Assembly (NCBI RefSeq): GCF_009914755.1
Contig: NC_060933.1
DNA length: 64,000 bases
Reading direction: 5' to 3' (one strand)
DNA from: the human T2T-CHM13v2.0 reference genome, Homo sapiens
In this document: positions 27,770-42,700 of the stretch, one piece after another
Layout of the letters: each line of letters starts with the position of its first letter
Numbering within the stretch: the first letter of the stretch is position 1
Made by a program: the position numbers and the translations under genes
The notes under the pieces: model-generated
Told to the model about the DNA's origin: nothing
The model's input: the letters and a program-made list of their open reading frames with translations, nothing else
Databases searched by the model: none

Positions 27770-30700
27770 ATTCCTGAAGATTCCATTCCATTGCATTCCA
27801 TTCCATTCCATTCCCCTGCACTCGCGTTGATTCCATTGCATTCCATTCCATTCCATTCCGTTCAATTCCATTCCTTTCCGTTCCGTTCCATTCCATTCCA
27901 TTCCATTCCATTCCGTTCCATTCCGTTCCATTCCATTCCATTCCAATCCATTCTATTCAGGTTAATTCCTTTCCATTCCATTCGACTGCAATCGAGTTGA
28001 TTCCATTCCATTCCATTCCATTCCATTCCATTCCATTGCTTTCCATTCCATTACGGATGATTCCATTCCATTGCATTCCATTCCATTCCATTCCCCTGTA
28101 CTCGGGTTGATTCCATTCCATTCAATTCCAATCCATGCCATTCCACTCGTGTTGATTCCACTCTTTCCATTCCATTCAAGTTGAATCCATTCTATTGCAT
28201 TCCATTCGATTCCATTCGATTGCACTCAGGTTGATTCCATTCCATTGCATTCCATTCCATTCAATTCCATTCCATTCCATTCCATTCCGTTCCATTCCAT
28301 TCCATTACATTCGGATTGATTCTATTCAATTCCCTTACACTCCATTACATTCCATTCCATTCGGGTAGTTTCCATTCCATTCCATTCCATTCCTCTCCAT
28401 TCCATTGCACTCGGGTTGATTCCATTCCATTGCATTCCATTCCATTCCATTCAATTCCATTCCGTTCCATTCCATTCCATTACATTCGGATTGATTCTAT
28501 TCAACTCCCTTACTCTCCGTTACATTCCATTCCATTCGGGTTGTTCCATTCCATTCCATTCCATTCCACTCCATTCCATTGCACTCGGGTTTATTCCATT
28601 CCATTCCATTCCATTCCATTCCATTCCATTCCATTCCTGAAGATTCCATTCCATTGCATTCCATTCCATTCCATTCCCCTGCACTCGCGTTGATTCCATT
28701 GCATTCCATTCCAATCCATTGCGTTCCATTCCATTCCTTTCCGTTCCGTTCCATTCCATTCCATTCCATTCCATTCCGTTCCGTTCCGTTCCGTTCCATT
28801 CCATTCCAATCCATTCTATTCAGGTTAATTCCATTCCATTCCATTCGACTGCAATCGAGTTGATTCCATTCCATTCCATTCCATTCCATTCCATTCCATT
28901 CCATTGCTTTCCATTCCATTACGGATGTTTCCATTCCATTGCATTCCATTCCATTCCATTCCCCTGTACTCGGGTTGATTCCATTCCATTCCATTCCAAT
29001 CCATGCCTTTCCACTCGTGTTGATTCCACTCTTTCCATTCCATTCAAGTTGAATCCATTCCATTGCATTCCATTCCATTCCATTCCCCTGCAGTCGGGTT
29101 GATTCCATTCCATTCCATTCCATTCCATTCCATTCCATTCCATTCCGTTCCGTTCCGTTCCGTTCCATTCCATTCCATTACATTCCATTCTATTCGGGTT
29201 AATTCCATTCCATTCCATTCCATTCCATTCCATTCCATTCCAATCGAGTTGATTCCATTCCATTTCATTCCATTCCATTCCACTCCATTCCGTTCCATTC
29301 CATTCCATTCCATTGTATTCGGGTTAATTCCATTCCATTCCATTCCATTCCATTCCATTCCATCACAATCGAGTTGGTTCCATTCCATTCCATTCCATTC
29401 CATTCCATTCCATTCCATTCCGGATGATTCCATTCCATTACATTCCGTCCCATTATATACCCCTGCACTCGGGTTGATTCCATTCCATTCCATTCCATTC
29501 CATTCGATTCCATTCCATTCCAATTCTTTCCATTCCATTCTATTCCGTACCATTCCATTCCATTCCATACCATTCCATTCCATTCCATTCCATTCCATTC
29601 CATTCCGTTCCGTTCCGTTCCGTTCCATTCCATTCCATTCAATTTTATTCGGGTTAATTCCATTCCATTCCATTCGATTCCATTCCATTGTATTCCATTC
29701 CATTGCAATCGAGTTGAATCCATTGCATTCCATTCCTTTCCATTCCGGAAGATTCCATTCCATTGCATTCCATTCCATTCCATTCCCCTGCACTCGCTTT
29801 GATTCCATTCCATTCCATTCCATTCCGTTCCGTTCCGTTCCGTTCCGTTCCATTCCATTCCATTCCGTTCCGTTCCGTTCCGTTCCATTCCATTCCATTC
29901 TATTCGGGTTAATTCCATTCCATTCCATTGGATTGCAATCGAGTTGATTCCATTCCATTCCCTCCCTTTCCATTCCATTCCATTCCATTCCTTTCCATTC
30001 CATTACGGATGATTCCATTCCACTGCATTACATTCCATTCCATTCCCCTGTACTCGGGTTGATTCCATTCCATTCCATTCCATTCCATTCCATTCTATTC
30101 CATTCCATTCCATTCCGGAAGATTCCATTCCATTGCATTCCATTCCATTCCATTCCCCTGCACTCACGTTCATTCCATTCCATTCCATTCCATTCCATTC
30201 CATTCCGTTCCGTTCCGTTCCGTTCCATTCCATTCCATTCCATTCTATTCGGGTTAATTCCATTCCATTCTATTCGATTGCCATCGAGTTGATTCCATTC
30301 CATTCCATTCCATTCCGTTCCATTCCATTCCATTCCTTTCCATTCCATTACGGATCACTCCATTCCATTGCATTCCATTCCATTCCATTCCCCTGTACTC
30401 GGGTTGATTCCATTCCATTCCATTCCACTCCATTCGGTTCCGTTGCATTCCATTCTATTGCATTCCATTCTATTCGGGTTAATTCCATTCCATTCTATTC
30501 CATTCCATTCCATTCCATTCCATTGCAACGGAGTTGGTTCCATTCCATTCCATTCCATTCCGGATGATTCCATTCCATTGCATTCCATTCCATTCCATTC
30601 CATTCCCCTGCACTCGTGTTGATTCCATTCACTTCCATTCCATTCCATTCCATTCCATTCTATTCCGATTAATTCCATTCCATTCCATTCCATTCCATTC

Positions 30701-33700
30701 CATTGCAATCGAGCTGATTCCATTCCATTCCTTTCCATTCCATTCCATTGCCTTGCATTACACTCGGGTTGATTCCATTCCCTTCTTTCCACTCCATTAC
30801 ATTCCCTTCCATTCCACTCGGAATGATTGATTCCATTCCATTCCATTCCATTTCATTCCTTTGCAATCCATTCCAATCCATTCCATTCCATTCCATTCCA
30901 CTCGAGATGACTTCATTCCATTCCTTTCCATTCCATTCCATTCCATTCCTTTCCACTCGAGTTGATTCCATTCCATTCCAATCCATTGCATTCCATTCCA
31001 TGCCATTCCACTCGGGTTGATTCCATTCTTTGCATTCCATTCCATTCCATTCCATTGCATTCCATTCCATTCCAATCCGTTGCATTCCATTCCATTACAT
31101 TCGGATTGATTCTATTCAACTCCCTTACTCTCCATTACATTCCATTCCATTCGGGTTGTTCCATTCCATTCCATTCCATTCCACTCCATTCCATTGCACT
31201 CGGGTTGATTCCATTCCATTCCATTCCATTCCATTCCATTCCATTCCGGATGATTCCATTCCATTGCATTCCGTTCCATTACATTCCCCTGCACTCGGGT
31301 TGATACCATTCCATTCCATTCCATTCCATTCCGGATGATTCCATTCCATTGCATTCCATTCCATTCCATTCCCATGCACTCGGGTTGATTACATTCCATT
31401 TCCTTCCCTTCCATTCCTTTCCATTCCATTCCATTCCATTCTATTCGGGTGAATTCCATTCCATTCCGTTCCATTCCACTCCATTCCATTCCATTCCATT
31501 CCATTCCATTCCATTGGAATCGAGTTGATTCCATTCTATTCCATTCCATTCCGTTCCGGATGATTCCATTCCATTCCATTCCATTCCATTCCATTCCATT
31601 CCATTCCATTCCATTCCCCTGCAGTCGGGTTGATTCCATTCCATTCCATTCCATTCCATTCCATTCCATTCCATTCTGTTCCGTTCCATTCCATTCCACT
31701 CCATTCTATTCGGGTTAATTCCATTCCATTCCATTCCATTCCATTCCATTCCATTCCATTCCAATCGAGTTGATTCCATTCCATTCCATTCTATTCCATT
31801 CCATTCCACTCCATTCCAGTGCTTTCCATTCCATTACACTCGGGTTGATTCCATTCTATTCCTTTAAACTCCTTTCCATTCCATTGCAATCGAGTTGATT
31901 CCATTGCTTTGCATTCCATTCCATTCCATTCCATTCCGGATGATTCCTTTCCATTGCATTCCATTCCATTCCATTCCCCTGCACTCGGGTTGATTCCATT
32001 CCATTCCACTCCATTCCGTTCCATTCCATTCCATTCCATTTTATTCGGGTTAATTCCATTCCATTCCATTCCATTCCATTCCATTACAATCGAGTTTATT
32101 CCATTCCATTCCATTCCATTCCATTCCAGTCCTTTCCATTCCATTCCACTCGGGTTGATTCCATTCTATTAGTTTCCATTCCATTCCATTCCCTTCCATT
32201 CCACTCTGGTTGATTGCATTCCTTTCCATTCCACTCGAATACATTCCCTCATATTCCACTCGGAACGATTCCATTCCATTCTATTCCATTCCATTCCATT
32301 CCATTCCATTCCAGTTCGTTCCATTCCATTCTATTCCGTACTATTCCATTCCATTCCATTCCTTTCCATTCCATTGCTTTCCACTCGTGTTGATTCCATT
32401 CCTTTCCATTCCATTCGGTTTGAAGGCATTCCATTCCATTCCATTCCATTACATTACATTCCATTGCGTTCCGTTCCGTTCCATTCCATTCCATTACATT
32501 CCATTCCATTCCATTCCGTTTCGTTGCATTCCATTCCATTCCATTCTATTCGGGTTAATTCCATTCCATTCCATTCGATTGCCATCGAGTTGATTCCATT
32601 CCATTCCATTCCATTCCATTCCATTCCATTCCATTCCTTTCCATTCCATTACGGATGACTCCATTCCATTGCATTCCATTCCATTCCATTCCCCTGTACT
32701 CGGGTTGATTCCATTCCATTCCATTCCACTCCATTCGGTTCCGTTGCATTCCATTCTATTGCATTCCATTCTATTCGGGTTAATTCCATTCAATTCTATT
32801 GCATTCCATTCCATTCCATTCCATTGCAATGGAGTTTATTCCATTCCATTCCATTCCATTCCGGATGATTCCATTCCATTGCATTCCATTCCATTCCATT
32901 GCCCTGCACTCGTGTTCAGTCCATTGCGTTCCATTCCATTCCATTCCATTCTATTCCGGTTAATTCCATTCCATTCCATTCCATTCCATTGCAATCGAGT
33001 TGATTCCATTCCATTCCTTTCCATTCCATTCCATTGCCTTGCATTCCACTCGGGTTGATTCCATTCCGTTCTTTCCACTCCATTACATTCCCTTGCATTC
33101 CACTCGGAATGATTGATTCCATTCCATTCCATTCCATTTCATTCCATTGCAATCCATTCCAATCCATTCCATTCCATTCCATTCCACTCGAGTTGACTTC
33201 ATTCCATTCCTTTCCATTCCATTCCATTCCTTTCCACTCGAGTTGATTCCATTCCATTCCAATCCATTGCATTCCATTGCATGCCATTCCACTCGGGTTG
33301 ATTCCATTCCCTTGCATTCCATTCCATTACATTCCATTCCATTCCATTCCATTCCATTCCATTCCATTCCGTTGCATTCCATTCCATTTCATTCGGATTG
33401 ATTCTATTCAACTCCCTTACTCTCCATTACATTCCATTGCATTCGGGTTGTTCCATTCCATTCCATTCCATTCCACTCCATTCCATTGCACTCGGGTTGA
33501 TTCCATTCCATTCCTTTCCATTCCATTCCATTCCGGATGATTCCATTCCATTGCATTCCGTTCCATTACATTCCCCTGCACTCGCGTGGATTCCATTCCA
33601 TTCCATTCCATTCCATTCAATTCCATTCCATTACAATTCGTTCCATTCCATTCTATTCCGTACCATTCCATTCCGTTCCATTCCATTCCATTCCATTCTA

Positions 33701-36700
33701 TTCGGGTTAATTCCATTCCATTCCATTCCATCCCATTCTATTACATTCCATTGCAATCGAGTTGAATCCATTGCATTTCATTCCATTCCATACCATTCCA
33801 TTCCATTCCAGAAGATTCCATTCCATTGCATTCCATTCCATTCCATTCCCCTGCACTCGCATTGATTCCATTCCATTCCATTCCATTCAATTCCATTCCA
33901 TTCCATTCCGTTCCATTCCATTCCATTCCATTCCATTCCATTCCATTCTGTTCCGTTCCATTCCATTCCATTCCATTCTATTCGGGTTAATTCCATTCCA
34001 TTCCATTCGATTGCAATCGTGTTGATTCCATTCCATTCCATTCCATTCCATTCCTTTCGATTCCATTACGGATGATTCCATTCCATTGCATTCCATTCCA
34101 TTCCATTCCCCTGTACTCGGGTTGATTCCATTCCATTGCATTCCAATCCATGCCCTTCCACTCGTGTTGATTCCATTCTTTCCATTCCATTCAAGTTGAA
34201 TCCATTCCATTGCATTCCATTCAATTCGATTCCATTCGATTGCACTCTGGTTGATTCTATTCCATTGCATTCCATTCCATTCCATTGCATTCCATTCCAT
34301 TCCATTCCATTCCATTCCATTCCATTCCGTTCCATTCCATTCCATTACATTCGGATTGATTCTATTCAATTCCCTTACACTCCATTACATTCCTTTCCAT
34401 TCGGGTAGATTCCATTCCATTCCATTCCATTCCTCTCCATTCCATTGCATTCGGGTTGATTCCATTCCATTGCATTCAATTCCATTCCATTCAATTCCAT
34501 TCCGTTCCATTCCATCCCATTACATTCGGATTGATTCTATTCAACTCCCTTACTCTCCATTACATTCCATTCCATTCGGGTTGTTCCATTCCATTCCATT
34601 CCATTCGATTCCATTCCATTCCTGAAGATTCCATTCCATTGCATTCCATTCCATTCCATTCCCCTACACTCGCGTTGTTTCCATTCCATTCCATTCCATT
34701 CCATTCCATTCCATTCCTTTCCGTTCTGTTCCATTCCATTCCATTGCATTCCATTCCATTCCGTTCCGTTCCGTTCCATTCCATTCCATTCCATTCCATT
34801 CCATTCCATTCCATTCGGGTTAATTCCATTCCATTCCATTCGATTGCAATCGAGTTGATTCCATTCCATTCCATTCCATTCCATTCCAGTCCTTTCCATT
34901 CCATTCCACTCGGGTTGATTCCATTCTATTAGTTTCCATTCCATTCCATTCGCTTCCATTCCACTCTGGTTGATTCCATTCCTTTCCATTCCACTCGAAT
35001 ACATTCCCTCCTATTCCACTCGGAACGATTCCATTCCATTCCATTCCATTCCATTCCATTCCATTCCATTCCAGTTCGTTCCATTCCGTTCTATTCCGTA
35101 CCATTCCATTCCATTCCATTCCTTTCCATTCCATTCCTTTCCACTCGTGTTGATTCCATTCCTTTCCATTCCATTCGGTTTGAAGGCTTTCCATTCCATT
35201 CCATTCCATTCCATTCCATTCCATTCCATTCCATATTATTCCATTCCATTGCAATCGAGTTGAATCCATTGCCTTTCATTCCATTCCATTCCATTCTGGA
35301 AGATTCCATTCCATTGCATTCCATTCCATTCCATTCCCCTGCACTCGCGTTGATTCCATTCCATTCCATTCCGTTCCGTTCCACTCCATTCCATTCCATT
35401 CCATTCCATTCCATTCCGTTCCGTTCCATTCCATTCCATTCCATTCTATTCGGGTTAATTCCATTCCATTCCATTCGATTGCCATCGCGTTGATTCCATT
35501 CCATTCCATTCCATTCCATTCCATTCCATTCCTTTCCATTCCATTACGGATGACTCCGTTCCATTGCATTCCATTCCATTCCATTCCCCTGTACTCGGGT
35601 TGATTCCATTCCATTCCATTCCACTCCATTCGGTTCCGTTGCATTCCATTCTATTGCATTCCATTCTATTCGGATTAATTCCATTCCATTCTATTCCATT
35701 CCATGCCATTCCCTTCCATTGCAATGGAGTTGATTCCATTCCATTCCATTCCATTCCGGATGATTCCATTCCATTGTATTCCATTCCATTCCATTCCCCT
35801 GCACTCGTGTTGATTCCATTCCCTTCCATTCCATTCCATTCCGTTCCATTCCATTCCATTCCATTCTATTCCAGTTAATTCCATTCCATTCCATTCCATT
35901 CCATTCCATTCCATTGCAATCGAGTTGATTCCATTCCATTCCTTTCCATTCCATTCCATTGCCTTGCATTCCACTCGGGTTGATTCCATTCCTTTCTTTC
36001 CACTCCATTACAATCCCTTCCATTCCACTCGGAATGATTGATTCCATTCCATTCCATTCCATTTCATTCCATTGCAATCCATTCCAATCCATTCCATTCC
36101 ATTCCATTCCACTCGAGTTGACTTCATTCCATTCCTTTCCATTCCATTCCATTCCTTTCCACTCGAGTTGATTCCATTCCATTCCATTCCATTGCATTCC
36201 ATTCCATGCCATTCCACTCGGGTTGATTCCATTCCTTTGCATTCCATTCCATTCCATTCCATTCCATTCCATTCCGTTGCATTCCATTCCATTACATTCG
36301 GATTGATTCTATTCAACTCCCTTACTGTTCATTACATTCCATTCCATTCGGGTTGTTTCATTCCATTCCATTCCTTTCCACTCCATTCCATTGCATTCGG
36401 GTTGATTCCATTCCATTCCATTCCATTCCATTCCATTCCAGATGATTCCATTCCATTGCATTCCGTTCCATTACATTCCCCTGCACTCGCGTTGATTCCA
36501 TTCCATTCCATTCCATTCCATTCCATTCCATTCAATTCTATTACAATTCGTTCCATTCCATTCTATTCCGTACCATTCCATTCCATTCCATACCATACCA
36601 TTCCATTCCATTCCATTCCATTCCGTTCCATTCCGTTCCATTCCATTCCATTCTATTCGGGTTAATTCCATTCCATTCCATTCCATTCCATTCCATTCTA

Positions 36701-39700
36701 TTCCATTCCATTGCAATCGAGTTGAATCCATTGCATTTCATTCCATTCCATTGCATTCCATTGCATTCCGGAAGATTCCATTCCATTGCATTGCATTCCA
36801 TTCCATTCCCCTGCACTCGCGTTGATTCCATTCCATTCCATTCCATTCCATTCCATTCCATTCCATTCCGTTCCGTTCCGTTCCATTCCATTCCATTCCA
36901 TTCCATTCCTTTCCATTCCATTACGGATGATTCCATTCCATTGCATTCCATTCCATTCCATTCCCCTGTACTCGGGTTGATTCCATTCCATTGCATTCCA
37001 ATCCATGCCCTTCCACTCGTGTTGATTCCATTCTTTCCATTCCATTCAAGTTGAATCCATTCCATTGTATTCCATTCCATTCGATTCCATTCGATTGCAC
37101 TCGGGTTGATTCCATTCCATTGCATTCCATTCCATTCCATTACATTCCATTCCATTCCGTTCCATTCCATTCCATTACATTCGGATTGATTCTATTCAAT
37201 TCCCTTACACTCCATTACATTCCATTCCATTCGGGTAGTTTCCATTCCATTCCATTCCTCTCCATTCCATTGCACTCGGATTGATTCCATTCCATTGCAC
37301 TCCATTCCATTCGATTTCATTCCATTCCATTCCTTTCCATTCCATTCCATTCCATTCCATTCCATTGCAATCGAGTTGATTACATTCCATTCCTTTCAAT
37401 TCCATTCCATTGCCTTGCATTCCACTCTGGTTGATTCCATTCCCTTCTTTCCACTCCATTACATTCCCTTCCATTCCACTCGGAATGATTGATTCCATTC
37501 GATTCCATTCCATTTTATTCCATTGCAATCTATTCCAATCCATTCCATTCCATTCCATTCCACTCGAGTTGATTTCATTCCATTCCTTTCCATTCCATTC
37601 CATTCCTTTCCACTCGAGTTGATTCCATTCCATTCCATTCCATTGCATTCCATTCCATGCCATTCCACTCGGGTTGATTCCATTCCATTCCATTCCATTC
37701 CATTCCATTCCATTCCATTCCATTGCATTCCATTCCATTCCTTTCCCCTGCACTCGGGTTGATTCCATTCCATTCCATTCCCTTTAATTCCATTCCATTC
37801 CATTCCATTCCATTCCAATCCGTTCCATTCCATTCGATTCTATTCCATTGCAATCGACTTGATTCCATTCCATTCCATTCCATTCCATTCCATTCCATTC
37901 CATTCCATTCCATTCCATCCCATTTTGTTCCAATCCATTCTATTCCGAACCATTCCATTCCATTCCATTCCATTCCATTCCATTCCATTCCATGCCATTC
38001 CACTCGGGTTGATTCCATTCCTTTCCATTCCATTCGGGTAGAATCCAATCCACTCCATTCCATTCCATTCGAATCCATTCCATTGCACTCGGGTTGATTC
38101 CATTCCATTCCATTCCATTCCATTCCATTCCATTCCATTCCATTCCATTCCGTTCGATTCCATTTCATTACATTCAGATTGATTCTATTCAATTCCCTTG
38201 CACTCCATTATATTCCAATCCATTCTGGTTGTTTCCATTCCATTCCATTCCATTTCATTCCATTCCATTGCACTCGGTTTGATTCCATTCCATTCCATTC
38301 CATTCCATTCCGGATGATTCCATTCCATTGCATTCCATTCCATTCCATTCCCCTGCACTCAGGTTGATTCCATTCCATTCCATTCCACTTCATTCGGTTC
38401 CGTTGCATTCCATTCTATTGCATTCCATTCTATTCGGGTTAATTCCATTCCATTCTATTCCATTCCATTCCATTCCATTCCATTGCAATGGAGTTGATTC
38501 CATTCCATTCCATTCCATTCCGGATGATTCCATTCCATTGCATTCCATTCCATTCCATTCCCCTGCACTCGTGTTGATTCCATTACCTTCCATTCCATTC
38601 CATTCCGTTCCATTCCATTGCATTCCATTCTATTCCGGTTAATTCCATTCCATTCCATTCCATTCCATTCCATTCCATTGCAATCGAGTTGATTCCATTC
38701 CATTCCATTCCATTTCATTCCGTTGCAATCCATTCCAATCTATTCCATTCCATTCCATTCCACTCGAGTTGATTTCATTCCATTCCTTTCCATTCCATTC
38801 CTTTCCACTCGAGTTGATTCCATTCCATTCCATTCCATTGCATTCCATTCCATGCCATTCCACTCGGGTTGATTCCATTCCTTTGTATTCCATTCCATTC
38901 CATTCCATTCCATTCCATTCCATTCCATTCCATTCCATTCCATTCCGTTGCATTCCATTCCATTACATTCGGATTGATTCTATTCAACTCCCTTACTCTC
39001 CATTACATTCCATTCCATTCGGGTTATTCCATTCCATTCCATTCCATTCCACTCCATTCCATTGCACTCGGGTTGATTCCATTCCATTCCATTCCATTCC
39101 ATTCCATTCCATTCCATTCCATTCCGGATGATTCCATTCCATTGCATTCCGTTCCATTACATTCCCCTGCACTCGCGTTGATTCCATTCCATTCCATTCC
39201 ATTCCATTCAATTCCATTCCATTACAATTCGTTCCATTCCATTCTATTCCGTACCATTCCATTCCATTCCGTACCATTCCATTCCATTCCATTCCATTCC
39301 ATTCCATTCCGTTCCATTCCATTCCATTCCATTCTATTCGGGGTAATTGCATTCCATTCCATTCCATTCCATTCTATTCCATTCCATTGCAATCGAGTTG
39401 AATCCATTGCATTTCATTCCATTCCATTCCATTCCATTCCATTCCGGAAGATTCCATTCCATTGCATTCCATTCCATTCCATCTCCCTGCACTCGCGTTG
39501 ATTCCATTCCATTCCATTCCATTCCATTCCATTCCGTTCCGTTCCGTTCCGTTCCGTTCCGTTCCATTCCATTCCATTCCATTCCATTCCGTTCCGTTCC
39601 ATTCCATTCCATTCCATTCTATTCGGGTTAATTCCATTCCATTCCATTCGATTGCAATCGTGTTGATTCCATTCCATTCCATTCCATTCCATTCCATTCC

Positions 39701-42700
39701 ATTCCATTCCATTCCATTCCTTTCCATTCCATTACGGATGATTCCATTCCATTGCATTCCATTCCATTCCATTCCCCTGTACTCGGGTTGATTCCATTCC
39801 ATTCCATTCCAATCCATGCCATTCCACTCGTGTTGATTCCATTCTTTCCATTCCATTCAGGTTGAATCCATTCCATTGCATTCCATTCCATTCCATTCCC
39901 CTGCAGTCGGGTTGATTCCATTCCATTCCATTCCATTCCATTCCATTCCGTTCCGTTCCGTTCCGTTCCATTCCATTCCATTCCATTCCAATCGAGTTGA
40001 TTCCATTCCATTCCATTCCATTCCATTCCTTTCCACTCCATTCCAGTCCTTTCCATTCCATTCCACTCCGGTTGATTCCAATGTATTCCTTTCCATTCCA
40101 TTCCATTCCATTGCAATCGAGTTGATTCCATTGCTTTGCATTCCATTCCATACCACTCCATTCCGGATGATTCCATTCCATTGCATTCCATTCCATTCCA
40201 TTCCCCTGCACTCGGGTTGATTCCATTCCATTCCACTCCATTCGGTTCGATTCCATTCCATTCCATTGTATTCGGGTTAATTCCATTCCATTCCATTCCA
40301 TTGCACTCCATTCCATTCCATTCCATTCCATCACAATCGAGTTGATTCCATTCCAATCCATTCCATTCCATTCCAGTCCTTTCCATTCCATTCCACTCAG
40401 GTTGATTCCATTCTATTAGTTTCCTTTCCATTCGATTCCCTTCCATTCCACTCTGGTTGATTCCATTCCTTTCCATTCCAGTCGAATACATTCACTCCTA
40501 TTCCACTCGGAACGATTCCATTCCATTCCATTCCATTCCATTCCATTCCATTCCAGTTCGTTCCATTCCGTTCTATTCCGTACCATTCCATTCCATTCCA
40601 TTCCTTTCCATTCCATTCCTTTCCACTCGTGTTGATTCCATTCCTTTCCATTCCATTCGGTTTGAAGGCATTCCATTCCATTCAATTCCATTCCATTCCA
40701 TTCCATTCCATTCCATTCCATTCTATTCCATTCCATTGCAATCGAGTTGAATCCATTGCCTTTCATTCCATTCCATTCCATTCCATTCCGGAAGATTCCA
40801 TTCCATTGCATTCCATTCCATTCCATTCCCCTGCACTCGCGTTGATTCCATTCCATTCCATTCCATTCCATTCCTTTCCGTTCCATTCCATTCCATTCCA
40901 TTCCATTCCGTTCCATTCCATTCCATTCCATTCCATTCTATTCGGGTGAATTCCATTCCATTCCATTCGATTGCCATCGAGTTGATTCCATTCCATTCCA
41001 TTCCATTCCATTCCATTCCATTCCGTTCCGTTCCATTCCATTCCATTCCATTCCATTCCATTCCATTCCATTCCGTTCTGTTCCATTCCATTCCATTCCA
41101 TTCTATTCGGGTGAATTCCATTCCATTCCATTCGATTGCCATAAAGTTGATTCCATTCCATTCCATTCCTTTCCATTCCATTACGGATGACTCCATTCCA
41201 TTGCATTCCATTCCACTCCATTCCCCTGTACTCGTGTTGATTCCATTCCATTCCATTCCACTCCATTCGGTTCCGTTGCATTCCATTCTATTGCATTCCA
41301 TCTATTCGGGTTAATTCCATTCCATTCTATTCCATTCCATTCCATTCCATTCCATTGCAATGGAGTTGATTCCATTCCATTCCATTCCATTCCATTCCGG
41401 ATGATTCCATTGCATTGCATTCCATTCCATTCCATTCCCCTGCACTCGTGTTGATTCCATTCCATTCCTTTCCATTCCATTCCTTTCCACTCGTGTTGAT
41501 TCCATTCCTTTCCATTCCATTCGGTTTGAAGGCATTCCATTCCATTCAATTCCATTCCATTCCATTCCATTCCATTCCATTCCATTCCATTCTATTCCAT
41601 TCCATTGCAATCGAGTTGAATCCATTGCCTTTCATTCCATTCCATTCCATTCCATTCCGGAAGATTCCATTCCATTGCATTCCATTCCATTCCATTCCCC
41701 TGCACTCGCGTTGATTCCATTCCATTCCATTCCATTCCATTCCTTTCCGTTCCATTCCATTCCATTCCATTCCATTCCGTTCCATTCCATTCCATTCCAT
41801 TCCATTCTATTCGGGTTAATTCCATTCCATTCCATTCCATTCCATTCTATTCCATTCCATTGCAATCGAGTTGAATCCATTGCATTTCATTCCATTCCAT
41901 TCCATTCCATTCCATTCCGGAAGATTCCATTCCATTGCATTCCATTCCACTCCATTCCCCTGTACTCGTGTTGATTCCATTCCATTCCATTCCACTCCAT
42001 TCGGTTCCGTTGCATTCCATTCTATTGCATTCCATCTATTCGGGTTAATTCCATTCCATTCTATTCCATTCCATTCCATTCCATTCCATTGCAATGGAGT
42101 TGATTCCATTCCATTCCATTCCATTCCATTCCGGATGATTCCATTGCATTGCATTCCATTCCATTCCATTCCCCTGCACTCGTGTTGATTCCATTCCATT
42201 CCATTCCATTCCATTCCGTTCCATTCCATTCCATTCCATTCTATTCCGGTTAATTCCATTCCATTCCATTCCATTCCATTCCATTCCATTCCATTGCAAT
42301 CGAGTTGATTCCATTCCATTCCTTTCCATTCCATTCCATTGCCTTGCATTCCACTCGGGTTGATTCCATTCCCTTCTTTCCACTCCATTACATTCCCTTC
42401 CATGATTGATTCCATTCCATTGCATTCCATTGCAATCCATTCCAATCCATTCCATTCCATTCTATTCCACTCGAGTTGACTTTATTCCATTCCTTTCCAT
42501 TCCATTCCATTCCTTTCCACTCGAGTTGATTCCATTCCATTCCAATCCATTGCATTCCATTCCATGCCATTCCACTCGGGTTGATTCCATTCCTTTGCAT
42601 TCCATTCCATTCCATTCCATTCCATTCCATTCCATTCCATTCCATTCCATTCCGTTGCATTCCATTCCATTACATTCGCATTGATTCTATTCAACTCCCT

